Origin: Octopus sinensis
Taxonomy: Eukaryota
Reading direction: 5' to 3'
Assembly (NCBI RefSeq): GCF_006345805.1
Contig: NC_043006.1
Location: 53,816,001 to 53,880,000, forward strand
Length of the DNA: 64,000 nt
Below, one piece after another: positions 27,594 to 40,990 of the stretch (within the stretch, counting starts at the first letter, position 1; each line of letters opens with the position of its first letter). Below the pieces are notes generated by a model. That model had not been told where the DNA came from. It saw only the letters and a list, made by a program, of their open reading frames with translations, and made no database searches. The position numbers and the translations under genes were made by a program.

Positions 27594-28297
27594 GTAAGTC
27601 ATCCATTGTCAAATGTAGGAATGTATTACCATAATTTCATATAATTTACAAAGGAAAATAAATTATTTTGCTTCACTATTTGCCAGTGTAGACTGCCCTT
27701 AGTTTTCTTGGATTCTAAATTCCTTGTCTTCATTTTTATATTTTGTGGCTTTGTTAAAGTAAGGGTTTTACTTGATGAAACTTTTCTCTATCTACAGGTA
27801 AGTGTTTTGGGCCTGGGCACATTCCCATACATTAATACCCACAGTACTAGAGACAAGCCACAGGAACTCATGGGTGGCTGTTTGATTTGTTATAAACTTC
27901 ATTCATTTGTATTCACCACATGAAGATAAAGTATTAATTGATGTCCTAATAATGTAATGAGAGTCATCATCATCATTGTTTTAAAGTCCACTTTCCCATG
28001 CTTGCATAGCTCAGGTGGAGTTTATTGAGATGGAATTTCTACAGCTGGATGCCCTTTCTGTCACTAACCCACATCTGTTTATGAGCAATATTTCTCCGTG
28101 ACCAGACATGTTTTCACAGAATATTGAAAATAAAATTACTCTGCTAGTATGAGTGACAATCATTTACAACTATCAATGTCAGGACATGTCTTGACATCAC
28201 ATAACAGTTATAAATTACTGTTACTGTCATACAAGAAATGTAATTTTATTTCCAATATTCTGTGAGAACACATCTGACCATGGAGAAATCTATTATA

Positions 28298-28690
28298 TAA
28301 AATCCGTTCTGCCTGTCTGTGTGTGTGTCTTCTAGGATCTCGAGCATCCTCCATCCGATTGCGCTCAAATTTGATACGTAGATACCGACGGTATCAGGGC
28401 GTGTACAAGTCTTGAAAAAATTACAAAAATCAATTCCAGGTGAGAATGCGATGGATAAAGCCGTGGGAACGTGCATTTGTACGCGCAATAAAATCGTTTT
28501 TCTTTGGAATAGAAATAAAGTCTATCTTTATTTCTTCTTTTGCTGGTGTCTCAAATTTAGGTTAAATCAGTGTTTTTCAAAGGGGAGGCCTATGGGATGG
28601 TCGGACAAGTTGTTTTGAGAAAATTTGGTTTAAATGTTTGACAACTCAGCACTGTCCATTGGATGGGGGGCGTTTTGCTCGTAATATATA
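28298..28690 (-). mobile_element. Non-autonomous Helitron/DINE-like element (copy 1 of a pair)
   Basis: Closely similar to 31420-31980 (tctattatataaaatcc...gggcgttttgct). Confidence 0.6.
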
Positions 28691-29552
28691 TATAAGCTTC
28701 TTTCAGTTTCCATTTACCACCCACAGGGCTTTGGTCAGCCCAAGGATGTAGTAGAAGACATTTACCCAAGTTGCCACACTGTGGGACTGAACCCAGAACC
28801 ATGTGGTTTTGATAAGTAACCTTCTTAATAAACCACCTGCACCTAACCATGTCTTTATAATATTTTACATGAATAATTACTATGATGGTACCTTGACATA
28901 AAACAAAGAATATAATCCCCTTCTACTTGCTTCAGTTTACCTGGTTGACGTCTACAACTACTACTTTTCATCTGTAATAGTAAGAGTAATAGGTAAAGAT
29001 TCAGTTTTAGATGACAAACTGATCACGTTTATTTGGGTTTTCAATGTCTGTCTTTCCAGTAGAGAAGGCTATAAAACAATAGTGACTACAATAGCATGCA
29101 CAAGAAGAGTACTTTGCTGTATATAGATTTGTATATCTTGGTTTGAACAGGTTTTGAAATCCTGACTTTATAAGCTGTAATTGAATATCTTCAGAATGGT
29201 TTATACTTCTTGTTATCAACACCACCACCATCATCATTATAATCATAAATGTGTTACTGCCATACAAGCAGTGTCCTTTATTTCCAATCTTCTGTAAAAA
29301 CAAGTCTGGTCATGGGGAAATATTGCCTTACCTTGAAACTGGTGAGGTTGGCAGTAGAAGGGGCATCCAGCTGTAGAAAATTTGCCTTGACAAATTCTGT
29401 CTGGTTTATGCAGAATGAGTATTTTAAAAATATTCATATACCATTTTATTTTATTATACAAATATATGTAAAAACACATACCTGTTTATGTCATTGATTT
29501 TTGCTATTGAAAATTTCTGTTTTATTCCTACATTTTTATTACTCTCACCTAG

Positions 29553-29677
29553 GAATTATGATACATTTTACCAATGTATTTCATCTAAACCAAGACCAGA
29601 CTGTTTGATAACACAAAGCCAGGCATTAAAGATTTTTCCTCTTTTTAGCCATGAGAATACTCTCAAAAACATTAGTG
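29553..29677 (+). CDS. Exon 7 (phase 2->1): NYDTFYQCISSKPRPDCLITQSQALKIFPLFSHENTLKNIS
   Basis: Acceptor ctctcacctag|, donor |gtaagc; 125 nt; contained in ORF 29488-29700. Confidence 0.88.
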
Positions 29678-31419
29678 GTAAGCACTGTTTTTTCATATAG
29701 TTAACTCACAATCTTCTATAAACAAAAAGAGCAAGTACAAACCGTCAAGTGCATAAGATGCTGAAGAATTAACACAAAGATCAGAAGTTTCTATCCTGAC
29801 ACTAAATCATGTCAGTGCCTCAGTCTACTTAACTGTAATTAGGTACCACATAGCAAATGACTGTAACAAAATGAACTTCACAAATGTTTCCATTAGCTTT
29901 TGTAGTACTAAGATCAACTGTTGTGGATACAGGATATAACTTTGAGAGGAATGGGCTCCACCAAGCTAACTCTCTAACTTTCTAATTCAGTACGGTTATG
30001 GCACTCATTGTTGATTTTCAGTCTGTTTTTAACCAATTAACCAATTATAGAAATAAAAACAAAGCTGACCGACAGATGTAGGCTTTTATTTTAATACTTT
30101 ATATCTTCCTCAAAGATATCATGGTGTGCTGGAGTTTGTTTCCAACATATTAAGTGTTTAAAAGAACTTTAAAAACAAATCTGGAATAGAGAGGTTGTAT
30201 GGGTATGTGGGTATTTTGAACGGGTATACGGGTATTTGAAAATACTTCATGGAGTGATGACCATACCCTGCATAGTTACAGGCTGCCCTTTGACAAGGCA
30301 TAGCACCCATTCAGTCACCCTACCAGGGATACAACAAGGTGGATTGTGAAAAGATAGCAGAAGAGCTTAACTGAGCCAATGGTGCTGAGTGGAGGAATCC
30401 TAGATGACCAAGCTCTATCAAGAAAGTAACTGCAGTGCATCCATAGGGGACCACCTTAGTGGTTGTGTAATCAGCTAATGAAAGAGTCACTATGACTCAA
30501 GCTCCCAATTCAAATTCATAATAATGGAATTGGATGGTGATAGAGAGTCATGAGACTTTCTCCCCAAACTTCCTCAAAACCTCTACAAAGTACTCTTTGT
30601 TGACCATCTGGCCAGAAGGAAGCCAGTGGATGTAGATATGTGCATGTTGTCAAAAATGGCTATCACCATCCTGACTGCTTTCTGCAAACTAGTCAGCTAT
30701 GACAACCAGTATTTAATAAGGTGTGTAGAAAGTGATGTTAAAGCCTTCTCATTCAATCTGGAATAACAGAGGTTGGTATGTCAGCTTATTAGATGTATAG
30801 TAATTATAGAATAAAATTACAATAATCAAGGACAGTTGTAACTGCTGCTTCTAAAAGAAAGTCTCAAAACTTCTGGAATGCACCTTGTAAGTCAGTATAC
30901 ATAGATTAGTTTGTTTGGTTTTTTTGGGGTTTTTTCCAGCAGTTTATATAAACGTGTATAAATGTACAGATCCATTTAACCCTTTAGCATTTAGATTACT
31001 CTATCAAATGTAATGCTTTGTTTTGACTTAATCATGCATTGTCTCCATTGCTTTGGGATTTCAATAATGTGATTGTTTATTTTAAGAATGACATTGTAGG
31101 ATAGGTGTGACAGGTTGGATGTGGCTAGTTTGAACATGAAACAAGTAGGATATTTGGGCTAGATATGACTGATATAAATGCTAAAGGATTGATAGAATGT
31201 TGTGTCATGAGGGATATTTTCTCAACCACACACTTCTTCAAATCATGCTATTCCATTTGAAAAGTAGAGGAACGCATTGAATACTCTATGTTTGCAAAAA
31301 GATGCAACGGTCACAGTTAGAAAAGAATGCAGCTCGAACAGTAGATGTTTCATTGAGATTGCAAAGACCAAACTATACAGAAACCTTGATAACCACTGAG
31401 CTTTGAAGAGTGATTAATC

Positions 31420-31980
31420 TATTATATAAAATCCATTCTATCTGTCTGTGTTTGTGTGTCTTCTAGGATCTCAGGCATCTTCCATCCAATTGCACTCAAA
31501 TTTGATATGTAGATACCAACAGTATCAGGGCTGTATAAGTCTTGAAAAAATTACAAAAATCAATTCCAGGTGAAAATGCGATTGATAAAGCCGTTTTTGT
31601 CCTGCTTTTCTTCCGTCAACCTGTACATAACTGCACCTTCCATTTTTTGTTGCTTCTGTACTGCTTAAAGGCACGTTTCTTTCCTGCCAAGCTTACTGTT
31701 TAAACCATGTTTGTGTTCTCCCAGTCAACAACCTTATCATTACTGGTACTTTAAACTCTTTGGTTGCATATTTGTGTGAATAAAATCGTTTTTCTTTGGA
31801 ATAGAAAAAAAGTCTATCTTTATTTCTTCTTTTGCTAGTGTCTCAAATTTAGGTTAAATCGGTGTTTCTCAAAGGGGAAACCTTTGGGATGGTCGGACAA
31901 GTTGTTTTGAGGAAATTTGGTTTAAATGTTTGACAACTCAGCACCATCCATTGGATGGAGGGGCGTTTTGCTTGTATTAA
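31420..31980 (-). mobile_element. Non-autonomous Helitron/DINE-like element (copy 2)
   Basis: Paralog of 28298-28690 with a longer internal segment. Confidence 0.6.
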
Positions 31981-32532
31981 TATAAAGAGATTGATATCAG
32001 TGTGAAGAGAGAATAATTTGCACACCGGGCAAAATGCTTAGTGGCATCTCATCTGTCTTTATATCAATTCCACCAAGGTCAACTTCAGGGTGAATAAAAT
32101 AAGTACCAGCTGAGCACTGGGGGGGGGGGTCAATCAAATCAACCTATCCCTCTCCCGGAAAGCAATGTGAAGACAGAACTTCTGTACTATCATATATTTC
32201 TTAAAATATATAAATATATACAAATGAGCAGATTCAGAGAATCATGATGCTAATCTAGCAAGCTCCTCTTATGGACTCAGCTATCAGTTGACATTGTAAT
32301 TGATTACAAAGAAGTGTAATATAGAGTGTCCATGTAACTGAAAATCCAGAAGATCCAATCAATGAAATTATTTCATGAGTAATATATAAAAACCGCCTCT
32401 CATACCTCCTGACTTTATGGTCTCGTAAATGTATATATTTACATTGTAGACTCACATGTATTTTATATATTGTACTTACATATGTTTGTAATTGCTTTCC
32501 ATCATATATGTATTGCATATCATTCTAACCAG

Positions 32533-32614
32533 GTAATAAACCAGCAGCTGAGGACTGTATTACTAAGTGGAGGATATTAGAAAATTTGGAAATGTGGACA
32601 GATGAAATATGCAA
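32533..32614 (+). CDS. Exon 8 (phase 1->2): (G)NKPAAEDCITKWRILENLEMWTDEIC(N)
   Basis: Acceptor cattctaaccag|, donor |gtaagt; 82 nt. Confidence 0.82.
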
Positions 32615-32819
32615 GTAAGTCTGAAAATCTAAGAATTCACATTTTCTTACTCTTTTTCTTACCCTAGACCACTGATTCTCAATGAGAGTCCATACAAGAT
32701 TTTGTAGGGTCCATGCCAGCAAAATAGTAAACTGGGGATCTACTGTACAGTAGTATTTTAAAGGCCCATGAAAAAAAATGTTGATTTAGAATGTATTTAT
32801 TGCAAGAAACTGCTATTTA

Positions 32820-33013
32820 CTCTCCTACTTGTTTCAGTCATTTGACTGTGGTCATGCTGGAGCACTGCCTTTAGTCGAGCAAATCCACCCCAGGACTTAT
32901 TCTTTGTAAGCCCAGTACTTATTCTATCGGTCTTTTTTTGCTGAACCACTAAGTTACAAGAACATAAACACACCAGCGTCGGTTGTCAAGCAATGTTGGG
33001 GGGACAAACAGAT

Positions 33014-33048
<35 letters not shown>

Positions 33049-33195
33049 CACATATATACAATGGGCTTCTTTCAGTTTCCATCTACCAAATCCACTCACA
33101 AGGCTTTGGTCGGCCCAAGGTGCCACACAGTGGGATTGAACCCAGAACCATGTGGTTGGTAAGCAAGCTACTTACCACATAGCCACTCCTATGCC
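32820..33195 (-). mobile_element. SINE family A
   Basis: Reverse complement of the family consensus with a central (CA)(TA) tract. Confidence 0.85.
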
Positions 33196-34143
33196 TATTT
33201 ATTAATATTTATTTAATATATGTGTAAATAAATTAGGTTGCTTCTAGTTTATTCCCATTTAATTGAACATTATCATCATCATTATTATTTAACATCTGTT
33301 TTCTATGCTGGCATGGGCTGGACAGTTTGACCAGAGCTGTTAAGGCCAGAGGCTGCACCAGGTTACATTGTTCCATTTTTAATGTGACCCCCAGTAGGAG
33401 TGCATTTTATAAGGCACTAGTGCCACGATCAATTCTGCTGTGGCTGATAGGTCTTCTTCAGTACAGCAATGTGCTAACATATCTTGATCATCTCCTCCAT
33501 AAAGCTCAGTGCCTTGAGATCAGCCTTCAATACTTCTTCCCATGTCTTCCTGGGTCTCCCTCTTCCATAAGTTTCATTCACAGATCGGTACTTCTGTATG
33601 CAACTGTCTACATCCATATGCATCACATGACCAAAACCAGTGCAGTCTTCTCTCTTGCACACTGCATCTAATTCTTCTTATGCCCAACACATATCTTAAT
33701 TAACTCTAACTCTATATCAGGATGTTGAGTACATCATTACATGAACACACATTTATATAAGAATGTGAAATGTATATTTTGCAAAATTTAATTTAATGTG
33801 TGTATGGCTGTGCAGTTAAGAATTCTGCTTCGCAACCATGAAGTTTTGGATTCAATTCCACAGTGTGGAACTTTAGACTTCTATTACTCCAGGTTGAAAA
33901 ACGGGAGTAAAGCGAACAAAGTGTTTATATCGGCGTACACTTAAGCTTTTTGGTTCACTGCCAGAAGAAACGAATTACCTCCCTTAGACTAGAAAAAAAA
34001 AAGACATCAATTTCTATTATTATTATTCAAACTTTGAAAAACGTAAATAATTTCAAAACTTCTCTCCTAACAAAAAGAAACTGAATGCCAGCATATATAA
34101 CTGAACTAGTGACACATCTAATCATTGACATTAACATGATAAC

Positions 34144-34179
<36 letters not shown>

Positions 34180-35399
34180 AAACAATCATTCAAGTATCAT
34201 TATTATGACGATCAGTTGGTGGTGGTTGAAAAGTATTTATTGAGTACTCGAAATCGACGTTGCCTTTCGTTGATCCAGACTCAACGAAATATAGGACCAG
34301 TCAAGTACAGGGGTCGATTTGATCAACTAAGTCCTTCCCCAAAATTTCAGTCCTTGTTCCTCTGTTGGGAACAACTAAAGGCAGTGGTATGACAGAATCA
34401 GTAGAGCATCAGATAAAAATGTCTTGCAGTAGTTTTTCTGCGTTTTTTTTTTTTTTAATTCTGAGTTCAAATCCTATGGATGTCAACTTTGCTTTTCATA
34501 TTTTGGAGGTTAATAAAATAAAATATCAGTCAAGTACAGGGTTGTTGGAATCAATTAAACGCCTCCTACCAAAATTGATAGTCTTGCGTCTAAATTTGAA
34601 ACAATACACCAAGGTTGACTTTGCCTTTCATCATTTTGGAGTCATTAAAGCAAGAGTCAGTTCATTACTGGAGTCGTTGATATCAATTTACACACTCCCT
34701 CTGAGATAGCAGACCTTGTGTCAAAATTTGAAGTAATTATCATTTCATGTCTATATCAAATCTTTCCAGTTTCTTTGCATAGTTCTATGCATTCTTTGTA
34801 TAATTTCTAAAAGTCATTGAAAGAACACAGTGAATCTGATAATAAGCAAACCAACAGATTTATTTATGGTTAGAACAGTTCCACAATCATAAAAAAAAGG
34901 ATATTCTAAATTATTTCTTCAATTCACTTTTTGCACCTTTGGTTATGCCGAATTGAACATGGAATCAATTATGTTTCCATTCACACAATGTGGACACTAA
35001 GCTCATTGACAGCTTTTCTGTTCGCATTGGTGAAATATTTTCCAGTCTTTCCTTCCTCAATGATATGCAAATAAAAACATCATTGGATGACTTAGTTATA
35101 CCTACACAATGAAACTAATAATAGGTAAAGTATCTTCTGCTGACCTTAGATATATGTATATTCAGTTTTTTAAGATATATATTATCAAGAGGTTCAGACA
35201 TGGCTGTGTGGTAAAGCAGTTTGCTTCTTAACCATATGATTCTTAGTTCAGTCCCACCATGTGGTACCTTTGGCAATTGTCTTCTATAAACCCAGGTCAT
35301 GAGGTTCTGTATATGTTTTTTCATTTCATAGGGTTCACATAGTGGAGACACATTGTTCATTATTCTAAGTCTGCGATCAGTATGTTAATTTTCATGTTG

Positions 35400-35790
35400 T
35401 GTGACAAAGCTGAGTTCTTGTGAACAACATATTTTGAAGTTATGGGTTTCATGTAATAGGAGTGAAGGAGCTGCACTCTATTGTTCACAGTCTCTAACCA
35501 AAGTTCAGTATCAAGTACAAGGAGTCTATTGTGGGGTAATCTATAGTTACCTTGATACTTTGGTGGATGGAGTTAGCTATTTGCTGGATGCTCTCCATTA
35601 TGTTCTTCTCAGTTTCTACATTACCATCACTAGAGTTGGTCCTAACTATAATATTAATGTCATCTACATATCTACTGTAGAGTAGAAGAGATGTGGACTG
35701 TTCTGCTAACATTTGTTTAAGTTTTCTGTCCCACCAGGTCATGAAGAGGCCAGCCACATCTCCAGTTACACTGACCACTGATGGCTGCAC
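35400..35790 (-). mobile_element. Penelope-like reverse transcriptase fragment
   Basis: GDVAGLFMTWWDRKL...LLYSRYVDDINII...IANSIHQSIKVTIDYP, then ..YYMKP.TSKYVVHKNSA. The YVDD motif is present and the flanking motifs resemble PLE RTs (family assignment from memory). Confidence 0.65.
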
Positions 35791-35849
35791 CTTGAACCTG
35801 CATGTATAGTTTTTTGTTAAACTTTACTATGTGGTTCTTCAAGTTGGTT

Positions 35850-36507
35850 TTTACACTAGCCCCTATTGCAAATGCAATCATTTCTTTCACCTGATTGTTG
35901 TTCCACCCTCATTTGCACCTCTTGCTGTGACGTAGGTTCATCTGGGACTCTCAACAGGAAGAGGTCCAGTTTTGATTTAAAAACGCCTACATCTAGTTTG
36001 TGCAGGTTCCTCAGGCTCTTCAGGAGAATATTAAAAAGCTGTGGGCCCTTGAAACCCAGCCTGTTGCAGTAACTGGTCCTGAAGCGTGATGGCATTGCTG
36101 GTATTTTGGTGCTATGCAGTGTCATCCCATTCTAGCATTGGTGTAGCTTTCAGTGCCAAAATTTGGCACAATTCCTTCCAGGATCTTCCAGATGTATATT
36201 ACTGCATATCTCTCCCGCCTTCAGCCTTTACCAGTAGCTGAGCTGTTGCAAAGAGACGATCTTCTTTGTGAATCTTCTCTGGATTGCTTCAAGGCCCGCT
36301 GTTAATTTCACACTGTTGAGTGACCATAGCTGGGAGCAGTAATCCAGGTGACTGAGAACGAATGTCCACCAGAGGACCATCATGGTTTCCATATCTCTGG
36401 TTCTGAATGTTCTCAGGATCCAGCCAGCCAGTCGTCTACACTTTGTCACCATCCTGGTAATATGCACTTGGAAAGAGGTATCATAACTCATGTCAATACC
36501 CAGGTCC

Positions 36508-36510
<3 letters not shown>
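35850..36510 (-). mobile_element. CR1/L2-group LINE 3' fragment (RT C-terminus)
   Basis: RDLGIDMSYDTSFQVHI...KCRRLAGWILRTFRTRD...LSHLDYCSQLWS...LEAIQRRFTKKI..LSYW, then GPQLFNIL..LRNL....FKSKLDLFL..VPDEP. Confidence 0.88.
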
Positions 36511-36577
<67 letters not shown>

Positions 36578-36677
36578 TAATGGGAAGCTTTATGAAAATA
36601 AACAAAAGACGAAGGCAGGTGGAAAACAAACAAACAATTGTATTAGTATGGCGCTCAGGAAATATAAATAAAACAAG

Positions 36678-36715
36678 TCTTTAACGTTTCGAGCCTACGC
36701 TCTTCAACAGAAAGA
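36678..36715 (-). ncRNA. Minimal type I hammerhead-like motif, A6U variant
   Basis: Minus strand: tcttt / CUGUUGA / a / gagc-gtag-gctc / GAA / ACGU / U / aaaga, in a short element (~36575-36900) adjoining a (TA)n tract. Confidence 0.55.
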
Positions 36716-37343
36716 TACACAGAGAGAAAAAAACACAGAAAGAAGGAGAGAAAAAAATGCGTGCAGTAACTAACGAATCAACATGGCGATCTGATTTCGG
36801 CCAGAGGTCAAAGATCAAACATGAGACGCGAGAGCGAAATAAGGGGAGATAATAGGGTTGATAATAGGGTTGAGGGACCAGCTAATAGTGCGTAGGAGGG
36901 GTCTGGATGTGTGTATGTATAGGGTTGGTGTATGTATTAGTATGTATAAGGGTGTATATATATATACACACACACATATATATATATATATATACACATA
37001 GATACATATACATATATACATATACACATATATGTGTATATATATATATATAGATTTAGATGTTTGTGTTTCTTTGTTTTAATATCACATGATAGTTGTA
37101 AAATGGTTGTCACTGTCAAATAAGCAGTGTCCATTCATTTCCAATATTCTGCAAGAACATGTCTGGCCATGGAGAAATATTACCTCGTTTGGAAATGGTG
37201 ATGGTTAGCAGCAGGAAGAAAAATTCATAGAAAAATCTGCCTCAATAAACTTCATCCAACCTATGCAAGCATAAAAAGATGACGTTAAAATGCTGATAAT
37301 GTTGATGTCTTTTCTGTTAACTGAAGATATACTTTTATTCCAG

Positions 37344-37486
37344 CCAAATCATGGAGTCCAAAGATTGCATTCTAAAACATTTAAAGGATGAGAAGAAAAT
37401 AATGAACACAATACATTGTAAATGTTATCCTGCAAATAACGACTTCCCTAAGTTTGATCTTATGGATCCTGATCACAAAATAAAAG
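37344..37486 (+). CDS. Exon 9 (phase 2->1): QIMESKDCILKHLKDEKKIMNTIHCKCYPANNDFPKFDLMDPDHKIK
   Basis: Acceptor ttttattccag|, donor ag|gtcagt; 143 nt; inside ORF 37351-37614. Confidence 0.88.
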
Positions 37487-39709
37487 GTCAGTGGTTTGAT
37501 ATTATCAAATATATCATTTTTCATAAGTTTCATTTTGCTAGTGTTTGTTACTCACTCTCTCCCTCCCTTCCTCTCTCTCTCTCTCTCTCTCATACACACA
37601 TACACTTGTTGTAAGTCATTATGGCATTGTGTTATCTCTGGATAATAAACAACATAAATACATAAACAACACAAATAATTATAGTATGTAATGCATAGAT
37701 ATTATGGAGATAAGACAAATGATATGGAATTTGTACATGTAAAATGTAAGTAGTACATAGATATTATGCAAATTGTACATAAATGATAATTAAATAATGC
37801 ATTGTCTGTGTAAATATTATGGAAGTAACATATATTGTTTGTAAATGATATATAACTATTATGAAAATTCTGCATAAATAATATGAAAATACAATGGCTT
37901 GCGTATTCATTCTTAATATGTTTTGCTAAATTCAGAAATGAATATGCAAATCAGTGTTGTGTTTTGTCATTGGAGAATAACTTCTCCTTTCACACAAATT
38001 TGCGTTCATAACACACTCATTTCATTAACATAAGGGAACATTGGGATACCTGATGTTTCGACATTATTTTGTCTCATCAATCAAGAGAACCCCAGACTAA
38101 TGAATTTAACAAGTGATTGTGGTGCTTCTTTATAACTTCAACAAATGATGATGATATATTTGCTGATGTAAGCTGATATCTGCCAACCAAAAATAAATCA
38201 TCACAGAAATATGTAATTTATGAATCATATGTCATTTCTATTTGCACAGTTGATGGTTGATTATATATTGCAGGCTTTATACCAATATTTGAAATCAATA
38301 TATTACAGGCCCTTTTTTTTTTCTCCCCTTGCTTGTAAAGTATTTATAGTCTTATGTTTAATCCTCTATTGCAGGGGTTGCCAAACTTTTTCAACCATTG
38401 ACCCACTTTAGCCACTTCTCCTTCTGTGTCAACCCCCTTTAGCCACTTCTCAATTTGCTTCGACCACCCTTCTCATTCAAAATATCTGAATGCCCTGCCC
38501 TACCATACCATATCTTAAGTGCATACCAAGTACTGATACTGGCAATTAAAATGTTAGCTAAAATATACATGTATATCAAGAAATTCTATTGAAGATGTCT
38601 CACTTTTTACCTTTAAAACTACATGTATGAGTATACAGTATTAAACTTTCAATTTTTATGAAATTGTTTCCAGTTAGAAAAATGCATCATATTGCTGGAA
38701 AAATTTTTTTTATTGAAATTTACATCAATGTGAGTAGATCTAGGCATAGTGCTGTCTTAAGACATTAAGGGTCAAATTCTGATCAATATATGCTGTAGTT
38801 TGCTGTCAATAAATATATACTATATAGGGCCCAGTGCCTGAACTTCCCAGGGCTTATAATGCTGTTAAGCTGGTTCCGTGCAGGTGTAACCGTGTAGTTC
38901 AGAAGTTTGCTTCAGAACTGCATGGTTTAGGGGTTTGGTCCCCTTGCTTGAACATTGTCAGCTAATGTTCTGTATTAAAGCCTTGCAGGTCAACCAATAG
39001 CTTGTGAGTGAAATTGGTGACTAAGTATTTCAAGCAGTTCATCTGGATGAGCTGGTCTTTCGCACACCGATCCCCATTCGACCCTCTGTAATTCCTCGCC
39101 AACCCCTAGGGGATCTCTTGGACCCCTTTTGATGACCCTGCTCCATTGTACTCTATAGTATGGTACTCTACATTTATCTACAGTGTTATACTTTACTAGC
39201 AATATTTCATTAAACATGACATGGGAGAACAAATAACAGTTCAAAATATGATTTTGTCTTTTAGATCATCATCATCATCATCATTTAATGTCTGTTTTTC
39301 CATACTGGCATGGATTGGACAGCTTGAAACCATCTGGAGAGCTGCAAGGCTTTGTTGAGCTTCAGTGGCTGCTTTGACATGGTCTCTATGGCTTGATGTC
39401 CTTCCTAACACCAACTGCTTTATTGTGTGTATTGAGTGCACTTTTTCATGCCACTGGCACTAGTGAGGTTGCTAAGTAGCTTGCAAGATAAAAAGAAAAC
39501 TAAAACAAAACACGGAATAAAGCCTCTCACCTTCATTAAGTTGGGGAGTATTTGAGAAGGGATGGTGACTTTATGTCATATGTTGAGAGGCTTCAGCATA
39601 ACAGAGAGAGACAAGCACAGATGTCTTGCTATAAAGAAGATACATGGCTACCCAGCATTTTATAAGGGTGGGTGGAAGTAGCTGAAAAGCTGAAGTGCCC
39701 TAAAGGGTT

Positions 39710-39945
39710 TTATTCTTTGTAAGCCTAGTACCTATTCTGTCAGTCTATTTTGCAGAACTGTTTAGTTCCGGGGACATAAACACACACACACACACATATA
39801 CAACAACAATCTTCTTTCAGTTTCCACCTACCAAATCCACTCACAAGGCTTTGGTCAGCCCAAGGTTATAGCAGAAGACACTTGCCCAAGGTGTCATACA
39901 GTGGGACTTGACCCAGAACCATGTAGTTGGGAAGCAAGTTGGGAA
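39710..39945 (-). mobile_element. SINE family A partial copy sharing private variants with 40685-40975
   Basis: Shared deletion junction aagggttttattc and shared substitutions (tctgtcagtc, ttccacctacc, aaggttatagcagaag, gtgtcatacag). Confidence 0.75.
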
Positions 39946-40026
39946 GAACATTAATATTGTAGTGATAAGATGTCAAAGGGACTTTTTTTTTTATTATTTA
40001 TACTTTTGTTACTTTTTTTCTTACAG

Positions 40027-40127
40027 TCATATCATCATCAAGTCCTGCAGCATTTGATGGGAAAATGGTCAGCCGGCTCTACTCTGTTACATTGTTATTG
40101 GTTACCAGATTCTCAATACAACTGTGA
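40027..40127 (+). CDS. Exon 10 (terminal): (V)ISSSSPAAFDGKMVSRLYSVTLLLVTRFSIQL*
   Basis: Strong acceptor ttttttttcttacag|. Phase 1 gives a Ser-rich spacer plus hydrophobic tail ending at TGA 40125-40127, resembling a GPI-anchor signal. Confidence 0.75.
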
Positions 40128-40644
40128 ACAAGTCTCCTTTAGAACCTTGGTGCTTTAATGGCAGTGTCTGCGTATGTATACCTGTGCACGACGAGATAAA
40201 TACATAAGTTTGTGTTTTGAGTTACAGCTACATCTAAATATCATATAGTTGTGTGTTTGTGTTTTTGAATATGTGAATATTATTGTTGTTTAGTTTAAGG
40301 TAAGTCTTACTCTAGCGAACCCATGGTCAAAAGTATTCCAGCTATAACCAGCCCATCTTTTATTATTCTGACATAGTGTATTGTGAACTACATTATCAAA
40401 TATATGTTGTTTTTTTTTATCTAAGATAGCAGGATCTGGCATGAGAAAAATTTGGCTGATATTTCCAGCAAATCAAATGACCATGAGGAAGCTTCTTTAT
40501 TGATTCATGCATGAATGTTTATGTATCAAGGTGTTTATAAAAGTGTGTTTGAGAGAGAGAGAGAGAAATCAATATATATTGAAAATAAATGTATCAAACT
40601 TTGTATGTAGTTTTCATCATCATCATTTTAATTCTTTTTTTATT

Positions 40645-40799
40645 CTTCTACTTGTTTCAGTCATTTGACTGGAGCACTGCCTTAAAAGGGTTTTATTCTT
40701 TGTAAGCCTAGTACTTATTCTGTCAGTCTCTTTTGCAGAACCGTTAAGTTCTGGGGACATAAACACACCAGCACCAGTTGTCAAGTGATGGTGGAGGGG

Positions 40800-40834
<35 letters not shown>

Positions 40835-40990
40835 CAACAAGCTTCTTTCAGTTTCCACCTACCAAATCCATTCACAAGGCTTTGGTCAGCCCAAGGTTAT
40901 AGCAGAAGACACTTGCCCAAGGTGTCATACAGTGGGACTTAACCCAGAACCATGTGGTTGGGAAGCAAGTTTCTTACCAAACAGTCATGC
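40645..40990 (-). mobile_element. SINE family A
   Basis: Tail, microsatellite and head in reverse orientation. Confidence 0.8.

Noticed and set aside
37936-38033. Possible alternative terminal exon after ttcag| (MNMQISVVFCHWR...)
   Set aside because: Poor polypyrimidine tract and no recognisable features; exon 10 at 40027 has a much stronger acceptor and a sensible C-terminus.
40584-40589. AATAAA as the polyadenylation signal of the gene
   Set aside because: The hexamer is too common in this AT-rich DNA to assign without 3'-end data.
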